A DNA stretch of 52,227 nt. It comes from Vulcanimicrobiota bacterium. GTDB lineage: Bacteria > Vulcanimicrobiota > Vulcanimicrobiia > Vulcanimicrobiales > Vulcanimicrobiaceae. Below the pieces are notes generated by a model. That model saw only the letters and a list, made by a program, of their open reading frames with translations, was not told the origin of the DNA and did no database searches. Of the stretch, positions 19,562-29,354 are shown in pieces. Within the stretch, counting starts at the first letter, position 1. Each line of letters starts with the position of its first letter. The position numbers and the translations under genes were made by a program. Location of the stretch: positions 173 through 52,399 of the forward strand of contig PLCF01000056.1 of the NCBI GenBank assembly GCA_003135555.1. Reading direction: 5' to 3'.

Positions 19562-19945
19562 ATGGACAATGCGCTAACCCGCGACAAAGCAGACGAAACT
19601 GAAAACCTGCAACGCGATGATACCAATATGGTAGGTCCCGCCGCAATCGTTTGGCGCGCGCGAAAAGTTCGTTCCTCTGTCAGGCGCCCAACACGGGATA
19701 AATGGCCGGAGTGCAAAACGTGTAAGAATAAGGCGGACTTTTTCGTACGGTTCCACGATCACATTTCGTATTGGTCGTCGTGCAAGGCGTGTCTGGGCGC
19801 TTTCGTCCTCGAGGCTTTCGACGAGATTGAGGCGGCCGAGACCGACGATGAAAGCGTGGACCTCGAGGCTTTAAAAAGGTCGGTCGAAAAGGCGAAAGAA
19901 CTGTTGCATTCCGATGATCTCGATGTCGGTAGTGGTCCTGGATGA
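19562..19945 (+). CDS. Hypothetical protein with CxxC..CxxC (possible Zn finger) and acidic C-terminus
   Basis: CKTC and CKAC; lower-GC context. Confidence 0.4.
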   Translation: MDNALTRDKADETENLQRDDTNMVGPAAIVWRARKVRSSVRRPTRDKWPECKTCKNKADFFVRFHDHISYWSSCKACLGAFVLEAFDEIEAAETDDESVDLEALKRSVEKAKELLHSDDLDVGSGPG

Positions 19946-20202
19946 TGGACTCTCCAGCGGGACGACGATCGCAGGCCAACGTCAAATAGCAGTATGTAGA
20001 GGTGACATATGCGAGATCTCTTTCGCTGCACTAAGGAATGAGGTACTTCGTTCGCAAGCGTTGCAGCAGACGAATACAACCAAGTAGAAGGCTATCTCGA
20101 AGACTTGAGTCTACGGGATCAGGATCTGCGTGGTGAAGAATCGAGTTCTTCAAAGGCTGCTCTTTGGTTTAGAGGCTGGTATTTTCTTTGGCTACTAAAC
20201 AC

Positions 20203-22911
20203 ATGTCTGACGCGCTGTCCTTTGTGGTGCTCCGAGATGAGCCGGCCGAGCGCCGCGATGCGCTTTGTCGGCGCTTTTATGCTGAAATCTATAAGGACGC
20301 CTTCCCTAACCCAGACGAGGCGGAGGGACCCGATACGTGGCTACCCTTGATGACCGACGATGTCCCTGTGGGGCAGCCCTTCGTTCACATCATTTTGGCA
20401 TGTGATTCCGACGAGCAAATCGGGGGCGGAATCATCTTCGAACACTATCGCGTGAGCGATTGCTGGCTGGCAACGTACATCGCGGTTCGTCCCGAAAAGC
20501 GGCATCAGGGAATCGGTAGAGATCTCCTCGCTCAAGCCGTCAAAACCATGGCAAAGCAAACCGAGAATATAATCCTTTTCGCGGAGACGGAAATTCCCGG
20601 TCGGCTTTCTACGCCGAACAAGCGCAAGTGGGCGTGGGATCGCCTCAAAGTGCTGACAACATTTGGCTTGCGCAGGCTCCCGATCGATTACTGGCAGCCG
20701 GCGCTCTCACCCGAGAAGCATCCCATCGATACTCTCTACTTGCTTCTTTACGTCGGGGAGAAGGAGCAGAGCTGCATTCCATCATCGAGGCTCGTCACAT
20801 TTCTCACAGAATTTTACCAGGCGCTTCACCAGCCGTCCTCGCCTATATTGAAAAAGATGCGCGATGCTCTTCAGCGCCGGCCATTTCTCGAGACGCAGAA
20901 CCTTCGCGACGCGACGCTGGGTAGCTGCGCTAGCGTCTCCCTACGGATAATGTTTCTGAAACAGTTGACCGGTGACCAAGCGACCGAGTCTAAGGAGCCA
21001 ACGACAATCGACGTCAGCTCGTTGCGCGACATTCTGCGAGGCAACGGGAATCTCAACGATTCCCTCTGCGTACCGGTAGCTTCGTTCTTTAACGACGTCG
21101 TCACGCCGTACAGCGTACCGGATAGTTTACCCCTAATCGTTTTATGCGAACCGTTCGACAAGAACGAGAATGACACCGAGGATCCAGACGACGACGAGCC
21201 GGAGGACGACGACGAGCCGGAGGACGACGACGTGCCCGACCTCCCGCGGCCCGGCACGCAGCCTCCCCGCTGCGTGGCCATCACTTTACCGACGATATTC
21301 ACGATGGTCTGGGAAAAACAACGTAGTTCCTCCGTGCACTTTACGACAACGACGAGGGACGCAAAATTGGTCGACAGCGTGACTTTTTTTGAGAGCGGCC
21401 TCGTTGCGTACTCCGTGTCTTTTGTTTTTGACGCGGCCGACTCCCGCGACGTCATCACCTTAGATCAGGATCTGCTGCTCGTTCTTTCAGCGATCGCGCA
21501 ACCCGCCGGAAAGGTCGATGAAGCTTCCGTTGTGGACTTTTTTCTCACGGGCGAAGGGGATAGTGTAGGGCAGCCGTTGATGGACTTCCTTGGAGCACGC
21601 CTTCGTCAGTTAGCGACGGATGATTCGGGCCAGACTATATTCTCGTTGCTTACGATGAACAAGATCTCCCAACAAGCACACCTACGTAAACATCTGCTAA
21701 CTTTCTTCCCCCAAGGACCTGGCCGAGGTGCGTTCGCCGGTAGAATCTTACTCGACATGGAAATACTCGGCGGCTCACGTCACAAAGAGGTGCTCGAGTA
21801 CGCCGCCTTGTCCGAAACGCGCGAAGCCGAATGCGACCGTTTTTCGCGGAGGCTGGCTGGACTTACTCAAAATGTTCTGGATTATAGAGAGCAAGACCGG
21901 GAGGAGATACACGATTCACTTGCCAGGCCTGTAAGGCTCGGAAGCGACATAACGTTCATCAGTAAGGACGTCGCTACGAAATTTTGCGAAAGCTCCCGTG
22001 TGACTAGAACGATGCGCAATGTCATTGGCGGCTCCCCCTATTGGATGTTCGTACAGCTTGTGATGGGGCACAACGAAGCGTTGTTATCGAACCTTAGCGA
22101 AAATATCGAGCACAACTACCCCGCCGGCCTGATTCAAAAGCTACTCGGTACTCCAACGCGAGACAGCAACAAATTCGTAGACGAGATCGAGCGGGGCGCT
22201 AAGCGAAAGATGAGGCTGGCTCACTACATTCCGAACGTGTTCCCCTATCTCACGGAACAGCTCTTGTACAGCGTTTACTCAGAGAAGCGCGGGCTCAAAA
22301 TACGTCACGCGTACCTCGTCGATTCGGAGGCAGCGTGGGACAACGCGGTCCATGAAAAAGCAGCGGCGGCGAAAGAACAACATGACGAAACGAAGGCCCA
22401 ACACGACGAGTCATTTTCGAAGACCTTGATCGCGATCGGGGTGATCCAGATCGGCGGTGTACTGGCCGCAATTGCAGCCATAAACTCCCTAGATTATTAT
22501 CATTTCTTACACCACATACTTGACCTCACCAACACTCAGGCAGTTTGGAACGTAGGGCGATCGATCCTTGGCTTGGATAATGGAAGACAAGACGAGGATG
22601 TTTCGACAGTGTGGGCGCTTTTATTTGCGCTAGCCTTTATTTGTGGCGGATGCGTGATGCTGGCGAAGGTGCTCCTAGGGTCACCAGCGACAAAGTCTAG
22701 CACGCAAATGTGGTTGAAGAGATGCGCCTATGCCGTTCCTTGCCTGGTTCTTTCTCAAGCCTTCGTTTGCGCCATTCCTCTCCAAGTCTTCTTCCACCCG
22801 AGACGAGCCGTTGCTCTGGCTATTGTAGGCGTCTCGTTGCTCGCGTTGGTGCACTCTAGAAAGAAAGTCATAAGCACAGCGCAGAAGGCAGCCCTTAGAT
22901 TTGGATCGTGA
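20203..22911 (+). CDS. Large fusion: N-terminal GNAT acetyltransferase, uncharacterised central domain, C-terminal TM helices
   Basis: YIAVRPEKRHQGIGRDLL acetyl-CoA motif, ILFAETE, DYWQPAL; coiled coil followed by about 4 hydrophobic segments; lower GC. Confidence 0.75.
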   Translation: MSDALSFVVLRDEPAERRDALCRRFYAEIYKDAFPNPDEAEGPDTWLPLMTDDVPVGQPFVHIILACDSDEQIGGGIIFEHYRVSDCWLATYIAVRPEKRHQGIGRDLLAQAVKTMAKQTENIILFAETEIPGRLSTPNKRKWAWDRLKVLTTFGLRRLPIDYWQPALSPEKHPIDTLYLLLYVGEKEQSCIPSSRLVTFLTEFYQALHQPSSPILKKMRDALQRRPFLETQNLRDATLGSCASVSLRIMFLKQLTGDQATESKEPTTIDVSSLRDILRGNGNLNDSLCVPVASFFNDVVTPYSVPDSLPLIVLCEPFDKNENDTEDPDDDEPEDDDEPEDDDVPDLPRPGTQPPRCVAITLPTIFTMVWEKQRSSSVHFTTTTRDAKLVDSVTFFESGLVAYSVSFVFDAADSRDVITLDQDLLLVLSAIAQPAGKVDEASVVDFFLTGEGDSVGQPLMDFLGARLRQLATDDSGQTIFSLLTMNKISQQAHLRKHLLTFFPQGPGRGAFAGRILLDMEILGGSRHKEVLEYAALSETREAECDRFSRRLAGLTQNVLDYREQDREEIHDSLARPVRLGSDITFISKDVATKFCESSRVTRTMRNVIGGSPYWMFVQLVMGHNEALLSNLSENIEHNYPAGLIQKLLGTPTRDSNKFVDEIERGAKRKMRLAHYIPNVFPYLTEQLLYSVYSEKRGLKIRHAYLVDSEAAWDNAVHEKAAAAKEQHDETKAQHDESFSKTLIAIGVIQIGGVLAAIAAINSLDYYHFLHHILDLTNTQAVWNVGRSILGLDNGRQDEDVSTVWALLFALAFICGGCVMLAKVLLGSPATKSSTQMWLKRCAYAVPCLVLSQAFVCAIPLQVFFHPRRAVALAIVGVSLLALVHSRKKVISTAQKAALRFGS
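21187..21236 (+). repeat. 18-bp in-frame tandem repeat encoding DDDEPE
   Basis: GACGACGACGAGCCGGAG twice plus a partial third copy. Confidence 0.85.
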
Positions 22912-23177
22912 GGAGAGCTGGCCCCGAGTAGTCGGCCAGTCGGATAAGTGGTGACTCTGCTCATGAGCCTCACCCCGTTCGTAGACCGGGACCAACGTTA
23001 GAAAATCGGCTTCCTTGTTGGATTCGGGCTCTCACAGCCGGGATCCCCGGATAGCGAAGCAATTCGCAGCCCGATTGCTTCTTTCCGGCTCGATTGGCAA
23101 ACCGCGGAATGCCGCATCGAGAGCCATCCGCCGGAAACGAGACTCAATATGCGCCCTAAGACGACAGCGCGCGTTAG

Positions 23178-23789
23178 CTACTGCGGCGTTACGGCAGCCA
23201 TTTCGTCGAGGGCGTAGGATGCGCCGTGCAGCAGTTTCACCTGCGCGGCGTCGATTCTTGCTCGCAGCGCAGGATCGTGTCGTGCACGCTCGCGCATCGG
23301 CTTCTGCAGGGAAGCGAAGGACTGCATCTGCTTCGTCATCCCTCGCAACATCATCGGAATCGGCGATGGCCCCGCCGCTCGCGTGTAAGCCTGTCGTTCC
23401 CGATATTCCCGCGGACGCACTGGAAACGCGAGGGCGGCGCTCGTCAGATCTCCACGCTCCGGCGGGAAACACTTCAGCGTCGCGTGGACCTTGCGGAGGA
23501 TCCCGCGACCCAGCGGATCCGCGACCGCGAGAACGAGGTCGTTGCCCTTGCGGCTCCCGCTCACGGCCGCGGACTGACGGACCGAGGGCGCTCCGACGTC
23601 AACATCGAGGTTCCATGCATAGTAACGGAACGCACCACTGATCTCACCGGCCCGATCGTGCAGATCCCAAAAGTAGAACGAGAACGCGTTGCCCGCCGAG
23701 AAGACGCCAGTCACCGTGCACGGTTTCGCGGCCGCAACACTGGTACACGACAAGACGAATCCGGCGACCAACCGGGTGGTCCAACGCAT
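23178..23789 (-). CDS. Hypothetical secreted protein
   Basis: N-terminal signal-like sequence MRWTTRLVAGFVLSCTSVAAA; no recognised domain. Confidence 0.55.
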   Translation of the reverse strand: MRWTTRLVAGFVLSCTSVAAAKPCTVTGVFSAGNAFSFYFWDLHDRAGEISGAFRYYAWNLDVDVGAPSVRQSAAVSGSRKGNDLVLAVADPLGRGILRKVHATLKCFPPERGDLTSAALAFPVRPREYRERQAYTRAAGPSPIPMMLRGMTKQMQSFASLQKPMRERARHDPALRARIDAAQVKLLHGASYALDEMAAVTPQ

Positions 23790-23861
23790 GGCTGCACAAC
23801 AGTATAACAGCAGGCAGTCCGTGTCTACACTACAACCAGAAAGCTTTGCTACGACCCGCCG

Positions 23862-23883
23862 TGAAATCGTCGACTATCACTAG
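23862..23883 (+). pseudogene. 3' stub of higB (EIVDYH*)
   Basis: Identical to 28962-28983, the end of the intact higB; the upstream sequence is unrelated. Confidence 0.8.
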
Positions 23884-23893
23884 GAGTTCCACG

Positions 23894-24253
23894 ATGAATC
23901 GTCCGTTGACTATCCCGACGCATCGCCGCCCGGTCCCGCCCGGAGAGATCCTTCTGCGTGAGTTTCTCGAGCCGCTAGAGATCGCGCAAGCGGCTTTTGC
24001 CAAACGCATCGGCGTCACGGCAGCGCGGCTGTCGGAGATCATCCACGGTAAGCGGCCCGTCACGATGGATACCGCCCTGCGTCTCGAACGAGCGCTCGGG
24101 ATGAAGGCGGAGTCTTGGTTGCGCATGCAATTGGCCGTCGACATGTACGATGCGCTGCACGGTCCGGCCGCGCGGGCCGTGGCAAGCATCAAACCGCTCG
24201 TGACCACGACAAGAAACGGGACCACCGCCCGTCCCCGCGCCGTCAGACGATAG
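23894..24253 (+). CDS. higA: HigA family antitoxin, orphan copy
   Basis: PPGEILLREFLEPL..A..IGV..RLSEIIHGKR.VT.DTALRL..ALG..WL..Q; AGGAG RBS. Confidence 0.92.
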   Translation: MNRPLTIPTHRRPVPPGEILLREFLEPLEIAQAAFAKRIGVTAARLSEIIHGKRPVTMDTALRLERALGMKAESWLRMQLAVDMYDALHGPAARAVASIKPLVTTTRNGTTARPRAVRR

Positions 24254-24261
24254 AGGGTACC

Positions 24262-26328
24262 CTACCAGATCTGGCAGCTATCCTTGCGGACCATCGCCGT
24301 GCCGGCCGCGCACATGAACGCCGCCCGGAACTCGGGCATGTTCGAGAGCGTGCCGATCACGCGCAGGCGCGGGTTGGGGTGCGGGTCGGTGAGGGCGGCC
24401 TGACGGATCGCCGCCTCGGTCTGCGAACCGCGCCAGACTTGCGCGTAGGCGAGGAAGAACCGCTGCTCGGGAGTGTAGCCGTCGATCATCTTGTGCGCCT
24501 TAGCTTGCGGCGTGCGCTCGAAGGCTTTGTACGCGATGGTGAGCCCGCCGAGGTCGGCGATCGCCTCGCCCTGGAGGTTCACGCCTTTCGCGTGCACGCC
24601 GGGGAGCGGCTCGAGCGCACTGTACTCGTCGACGATGCACTGCGCGCGCTTCTTGAACGCCGCGGTGTCGGCAGCCGTCCACCAGTCGCTGAGGTTACCG
24701 CTGGCGTCGAACTGGCGGCCCTGATCGTCGAAGCCGTGCGTCATCTCGTGGCCGATCACCGCGCCGATCCCGCCGTAGTTGATTGCGTCGTCGGCCTTCG
24801 CGTCGAAGAACGGCGGCTGCAGGATCCCGGCCGGGAACACGATCTCGTTGTTCGAGGGGTTGTAGTAGGCGTTAACGGTCGCAGGGGTCATGCCGAAGAT
24901 CGAGCGATCCGTCGGCGTGCCGATGCGCTTGATGTTGCGCGCGGTCTGGAAGCGGCGCACGGCCATGACGTTGGCGGCGTATGGACCGTCGACGACGGTG
25001 ACCGGCGAGAAGTCGACCCACTTGTCGGGATAGCCGATTTTCTTGGTAAACGCGCTGAGCTTCTCGATCGCGCGCGCTTTGGTCGGCGCGCTCATCCAGT
25101 CGAGCGTCTCGATGTCGTCGTGCAGGACTGCCTGCAAGTTGTTGACCAGCGCCAGCGCGCGGGTTTTCGCGGCCGGTGGGAAAGCTCGTTCGACATAGAC
25201 TTTGCCGAGCACGTCGCGCAACGACGCGTCGGTAGCGGCGGTGCAGCGCTGGTTGCGCGGCAGCTGTTCTTTCACGCCGGCGAGCGTCGTGGCACGGAAG
25301 GCGAAGCTGGCGTCGGCGAATCGCTTGGGCAGCGTGCCCGCGTACGAGTCGGCGACTTTGTAGCGCAGGTACGCCTTCCAGGTCGGCAGCGGCGTCCCGG
25401 CGAGCAGGCCGTCGTAGGCGGTGACGTACGCCGGGATGGCGATGTCGATGATGCTGAACGACGTGGCGTTGTGCGCGGCGAAGTACGCCGACCACGGCAC
25501 GTGCGGCGCGAGCGTCGCCAGTTGCGCGACGGGCGTGGGATGATAGGTCGCGGCCGGATCGCGCAGTTCTTCGCGCGGCGGGGTCGCCTTCGCGAGCACC
25601 GTTTCGAGCGCGATGATGGCGTCGGCGTCGGTCTCGGCGGCGGGTTGCGCCTCCCCGAGATTCATGAGTTGGGTCGCGACGTAGGTGTGGTACGCCTTGC
25701 GGATCGCTACGAAGCGCTCCGTGTCCTTGATGTAGTAGTCGCGATCGGGGAGGCCGGTGCCGCCCAGCCCGAGCGACGCGATTTGCTTGGACGAGTCCTT
25801 GGTGTCGGAGTCCGAAGAAAAGCCGAGACCACCATTGACGCCGACCAGGTGCAGCTTGCCGATCTCGGTCACCAGCGCGGGGATCGTGCTCACGCCGTTG
25901 ATGTCGGCCAGCAGCGAGTCCACCGGCCCGGTGCCGGCCTTTTCGATCCCGGCTTCGTCCATGCACGAGCGGTAGAACGCGCCGATCTTCTGGGTGTCGC
26001 TGCCCGCGGGGGCGTTCGTGACCTTAGCCGCGTCCTCGAGGATCGAGGTCAGGACGGCGCGGTTCTCGTCGGAGAGCTGGGCGCCCGCCCCCCATCCGGC
26101 GTGGCCCGGCGGGATCGGGTTCTTCTTGAGCCACCCGCCGGTCGCGAACTGATAGAAGTCGTCGCAGGGCTTGCAGGTCGGGTCGAGGTTGGCCAGGTCG
26201 AGCGGCTTCGCATCGGCGGCCGGGCCACCGGCGGTCGCCCCAACGGCGAGATGCGGGATCGAGGTCGCGACGAGCGCGGAAAAGGCAACGGCACCAAGGA
26301 GGCGCACGCCGAGGCGAATCAACTGCAC
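24262..26328 (-). CDS. M13 family (neprilysin/PepO-like) metallopeptidase, exported
   Basis: PCDDFYQFATGGW, LPDRDYY, VNAYY, FPAGILQPPFF, GHEMTHGFDD, GEAIADLGG, C-terminal CQIW; GTG start after GGAG. Confidence 0.95.
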   Translation of the reverse strand: MQLIRLGVRLLGAVAFSALVATSIPHLAVGATAGGPAADAKPLDLANLDPTCKPCDDFYQFATGGWLKKNPIPPGHAGWGAGAQLSDENRAVLTSILEDAAKVTNAPAGSDTQKIGAFYRSCMDEAGIEKAGTGPVDSLLADINGVSTIPALVTEIGKLHLVGVNGGLGFSSDSDTKDSSKQIASLGLGGTGLPDRDYYIKDTERFVAIRKAYHTYVATQLMNLGEAQPAAETDADAIIALETVLAKATPPREELRDPAATYHPTPVAQLATLAPHVPWSAYFAAHNATSFSIIDIAIPAYVTAYDGLLAGTPLPTWKAYLRYKVADSYAGTLPKRFADASFAFRATTLAGVKEQLPRNQRCTAATDASLRDVLGKVYVERAFPPAAKTRALALVNNLQAVLHDDIETLDWMSAPTKARAIEKLSAFTKKIGYPDKWVDFSPVTVVDGPYAANVMAVRRFQTARNIKRIGTPTDRSIFGMTPATVNAYYNPSNNEIVFPAGILQPPFFDAKADDAINYGGIGAVIGHEMTHGFDDQGRQFDASGNLSDWWTAADTAAFKKRAQCIVDEYSALEPLPGVHAKGVNLQGEAIADLGGLTIAYKAFERTPQAKAHKMIDGYTPEQRFFLAYAQVWRGSQTEAAIRQAALTDPHPNPRLRVIGTLSNMPEFRAAFMCAAGTAMVRKDSCQIW

Positions 26329-26450
26329 CTCCGTATCTTTGCGGAGTGTTCCGCGAACTACTGCCGGGCGTGCGCCCGGCGGGCGCAGGAGCACTGGTGG
26401 GCGGCGAGCATAGACTCGCGGTACACCACCGGGTCGACGACGGAGGAGCC

Positions 26451-28250
26451 GTGCGAGTCTTCGCAGTCGTGCTGAGCGTTTTGTACGCCCTCGCTTTCGG
26501 CGTACCCACGGTGCTCGCGCTCAACGGCTACTACGGTAAGACCGGTGTGGTCAAAGCCGGCGCGACCGGGACGCTTGCGCCGAGCATCGACGTGAACACC
26601 GTCGGCGAGGTCCTTGCGGGCTCGCCCGCCGCGCGCGCGGGGATCGTCCCCGGCGATGTGGTGGTTCCGCTCGACGCCGAGCATGCGCTGCCCGTGCAGC
26701 AGTTGTTCCACCGCGTCGCCGCCGGCCAACCGTTACCCTACGCAGTGATCCATCACGGACAACGGCGCGTCGTGTCGATCGTACCAGTCCCCGACCGCAG
26801 GTTTGCGCCCGACAGCGCGCTTATCGTCGCGCAACTCATCCGAGGCTTCCTGATCGTCCTCATGGGCGCGGTACTGGTGCTACTCCGACCCAGCATCATG
26901 ACGGCGGCATTTTTCGTCCTCTGCCTGCAGTTCGGCGAGCTCGCGCACCCAACGGCCAACATGGAGCTGGTCGTCGCCGTCCCCTTCTTCTGGAAGCCCC
27001 TTTTCCTCGTGCTGACGTGCATCGTGACGGGCGCGGGACCGGCCGTCGCAGCGATCTTCTGCATGCGCTTCCCCACCGGTGAGCCGCTCCCGTCGTGGCG
27101 ACGGTGGGAGCGGGTGATGATCGCGCTCGCCTCGTTCACCGTTCTCGACTACTTTTTCGCGCTCGTCACCGGCGCAACGTACACCCAACTCGGAACGACA
27201 CTCTACCGCATCTTCACCGTTGCGTCGTGGCTGAGCTACGCGATCGCGACGGTGGCGTTCTTGGTGCGCTACCGCAACGCGTCAGGCGAGGACCGCGCAC
27301 GGTTGCGCTGGGTCGCGATCGGCCTGGGGAGCTTTCTCCTGAGCTACCTGCTGTTCTGGATATCGCAGAACGTGCCGAGCGCGCCGAACGAGCTCAATAC
27401 CTGGTCGCAGTTCATCAACGTGCTTCCAATGACGGTGCTGTACGCGGTCGTCCGACACCACGTGATCGACGTCCGTCTGGCCGGAGGCCGCGCGATCGCA
27501 TATGCGACGCTGTCGGCGGTTCCGGTGGGCGCGTTCAGCATCATCGACTGGGCGCTGAGCAACCAGCTGCAGCAGACACGGTTCGGCGTGCTCGTCGAGG
27601 TGTGCGTGGCAATTGCGTTCGGATTCTGGGTGAACTCGTTACAGCACCGCATCGACAATGTTATCGAGTCGCTCTTCTTTCGGGCCCGGCGGATCGCCGA
27701 AGAACGGCTGCGTAGCGTCGGCCGGCGAATCGTGCACATCACCGAGCGCGCGCCGCTCGATGAGACGCTCGTGCGCGAGCCGTTCGAGTCGCTCGGGCTG
27801 ACGTCGAGCGCGCTGTTCCGCAGCATCGGCGGGACGTATATACGCGTCGCGCAGCGCAACTGGCCCGACGACGAACTGAAGGAGATCGACTCCAACGACG
27901 ATCTCATGCTCGAGCTGGTCGCTACCCGTGCGCCGGTGATTCTCGACAAGATCGGATGGTGCGGCTACGTCGCCGGCACGCAGCGTCCGGTGCTCGCCTA
28001 CCCCATTCTCGTGAGACAGGAGCTCGTCGGGCTGCTCCTGCTCGGCGCAAAGCGCGACGGTGAGCCGTTCGATGCGCTCGAGCAGGCCGCGCTCCAAAAC
28101 CTCGTCGAGTCGGCTGCGATGACCTACGACCACCTCGAGGCGATCGAGCAGCGGTATCTTGCCGACGAGCTGCAGCGCGCGCTCGAGGAGACCCTGCGCG
28201 AGAACTTGGCGCTTCGCGAACTGCGCGCCCACGAAGCCTCGGACACGTAG
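26451..28250 (+). CDS. Membrane sensor-like protein: PDZ, multi-TM, GAF-like domain, short coiled coil
   Basis: GGAGGAG RBS; V..V.AGSPAARAGI.PGD (PDZ); RARLRWV; LYAVVRHHVIDV; LAYPI..ELVGLLLLG.K..GEPF. Confidence 0.75.
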   Translation: MRVFAVVLSVLYALAFGVPTVLALNGYYGKTGVVKAGATGTLAPSIDVNTVGEVLAGSPAARAGIVPGDVVVPLDAEHALPVQQLFHRVAAGQPLPYAVIHHGQRRVVSIVPVPDRRFAPDSALIVAQLIRGFLIVLMGAVLVLLRPSIMTAAFFVLCLQFGELAHPTANMELVVAVPFFWKPLFLVLTCIVTGAGPAVAAIFCMRFPTGEPLPSWRRWERVMIALASFTVLDYFFALVTGATYTQLGTTLYRIFTVASWLSYAIATVAFLVRYRNASGEDRARLRWVAIGLGSFLLSYLLFWISQNVPSAPNELNTWSQFINVLPMTVLYAVVRHHVIDVRLAGGRAIAYATLSAVPVGAFSIIDWALSNQLQQTRFGVLVEVCVAIAFGFWVNSLQHRIDNVIESLFFRARRIAEERLRSVGRRIVHITERAPLDETLVREPFESLGLTSSALFRSIGGTYIRVAQRNWPDDELKEIDSNDDLMLELVATRAPVILDKIGWCGYVAGTQRPVLAYPILVRQELVGLLLLGAKRDGEPFDALEQAALQNLVESAAMTYDHLEAIEQRYLADELQRALEETLRENLALRELRAHEASDT

Positions 28251-28294
28251 AAACGCGCGGAAGGTTGGTGGCTCGGCGCCTCGTAGACTGGCGC

Positions 28295-28573
28295 ATGTTC
28301 CTCCACATGTCGGTTCACACGCCACATCCGCAGGCGGTCGAACCGTTGATCGACTCCATGCGCCGCTTCGGCGAGGCGCTCCGCACGCAGCCGGGCCTCG
28401 TCGAAACCCACGTCTTCAAGACCGACGACGGCCGGCTGATCGGCCTCGCGCTATGGGAATCGCGCGACGCGTTCGAAGGCGGACGCCACGCCGGCCGCGA
28501 CGCCGTCCGCGACGATCCGTTCGACGAGTGGGAATCGGAGCCGGTGACAGGCTACGCAGCGGAGAGCGTTTGA
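28295..28573 (+). CDS. ABM-like dimeric alpha/beta barrel protein
   Basis: QPGL..V..LIGLALWESRDAF. Confidence 0.65.
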   Translation: MFLHMSVHTPHPQAVEPLIDSMRRFGEALRTQPGLVETHVFKTDDGRLIGLALWESRDAFEGGRHAGRDAVRDDPFDEWESEPVTGYAAESV

Positions 28574-28660
28574 AGCGGGCGTGTTTGGTGCAGCTTTTGC
28601 GCCCTTGCCGACGGGCGTGTGACGAATGACCCGGCCGCTCTGAGGCGGCGGCCTTATCGC

Positions 28661-28689
28661 TTGACGATATTATCGCCGTATGATAAGAT
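28661..28689 (+). promoter_or_regulatory. higBA promoter with overlapping inverted-repeat operator
   Basis: TTGACG, 17 bp, TAAGAT with extended TG; TTATC-N7-GATAA palindrome at 28670-28686. Confidence 0.7.
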
Positions 28690-28695
28690 CGGGGC

Positions 28696-28983
28696 GTGGA
28701 CTTCGCCGATCGCGCGACCGCCGATCTCTACAACGGCGTCGATTCCAAGGGTGCGCGGCGCCTCGTTCCAGCGGCCCTTCGGCAGAAGGCGCTGGACAAG
28801 CTAACTCTCCTAGATGCCGCAGTCAGCCTCGATCAGCTGCGTGTGCCGCCCGGGAACCGCCTCGAATTGCTTCGAGGCAACCGAGGCGGACAACACTCAA
28901 TTCGCATCAACGATCAATACCGAATCTGCTTCCGGTGGACCGTCGCCGGGCCTACCGATGTTGAAATCGTCGACTATCACTAG
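28696..28983 (+). CDS. higB: HigB (RelE/ParE superfamily) toxin
   Basis: LRVPPGNRLE.LRG.R.GQHSIRINDQYRICFRW..DVEIVDYH. Confidence 0.95.
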   Translation: MDFADRATADLYNGVDSKGARRLVPAALRQKALDKLTLLDAAVSLDQLRVPPGNRLELLRGNRGGQHSIRINDQYRICFRWTVAGPTDVEIVDYH

Positions 28984-28993
28984 GAGTTCCACG

Positions 28994-29347
28994 ATGAATC
29001 GCCCACTGACCATCCCGACGCATCGCCGTCCGGTCCCGCCCGGAGAGATCCTTCTTCGCGAGTTCCTCGAGCCGCTACAGATCACGCAAGCGGCTTTTGC
29101 GAAACGCATCGGCGTCACGGCGGCGCGGCTGTCGGAGATCATCCACGGGAAGCGCCCCGTCACGATGGACACCGCGCTGCGTCTCGAACGAGCGCTCGGG
29201 ATGAAGGCAGAGTCATGGCTGCGTATGCAACTGACCGTCGACATGTACGACGCGCTGCGCGGTCCGGCTGCGCGAGTCGTCGCTAGCATCAAACCTGTCC
29301 TGACCAGGACCGGGACCGCCGCCCGGCCCCGCGCCGTCAGCCGATAA
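28994..29347 (+). CDS. higA: HigA family antitoxin
   Basis: Follows higB; HTH motif; near-identical to 23894-24253. Confidence 0.95.
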   Translation: MNRPLTIPTHRRPVPPGEILLREFLEPLQITQAAFAKRIGVTAARLSEIIHGKRPVTMDTALRLERALGMKAESWLRMQLTVDMYDALRGPAARVVASIKPVLTRTGTAARPRAVSR

Positions 29348-29354
29348 GGTTACC

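Noticed and set aside
21187..21236. Phase-variation repeat
   Set aside because: The unit is 18 bp, so copy-number change keeps the frame; it is more likely an acidic loop expansion
24115..26475. Long antisense or alternate-frame ORFs (also 816-2177, 8637-10157, 16049-17752, 44593-46461 and the 5' part of 47445-49724)
   Set aside because: Arg/Ala-rich shadows of well-supported genes, expected in high-GC DNA
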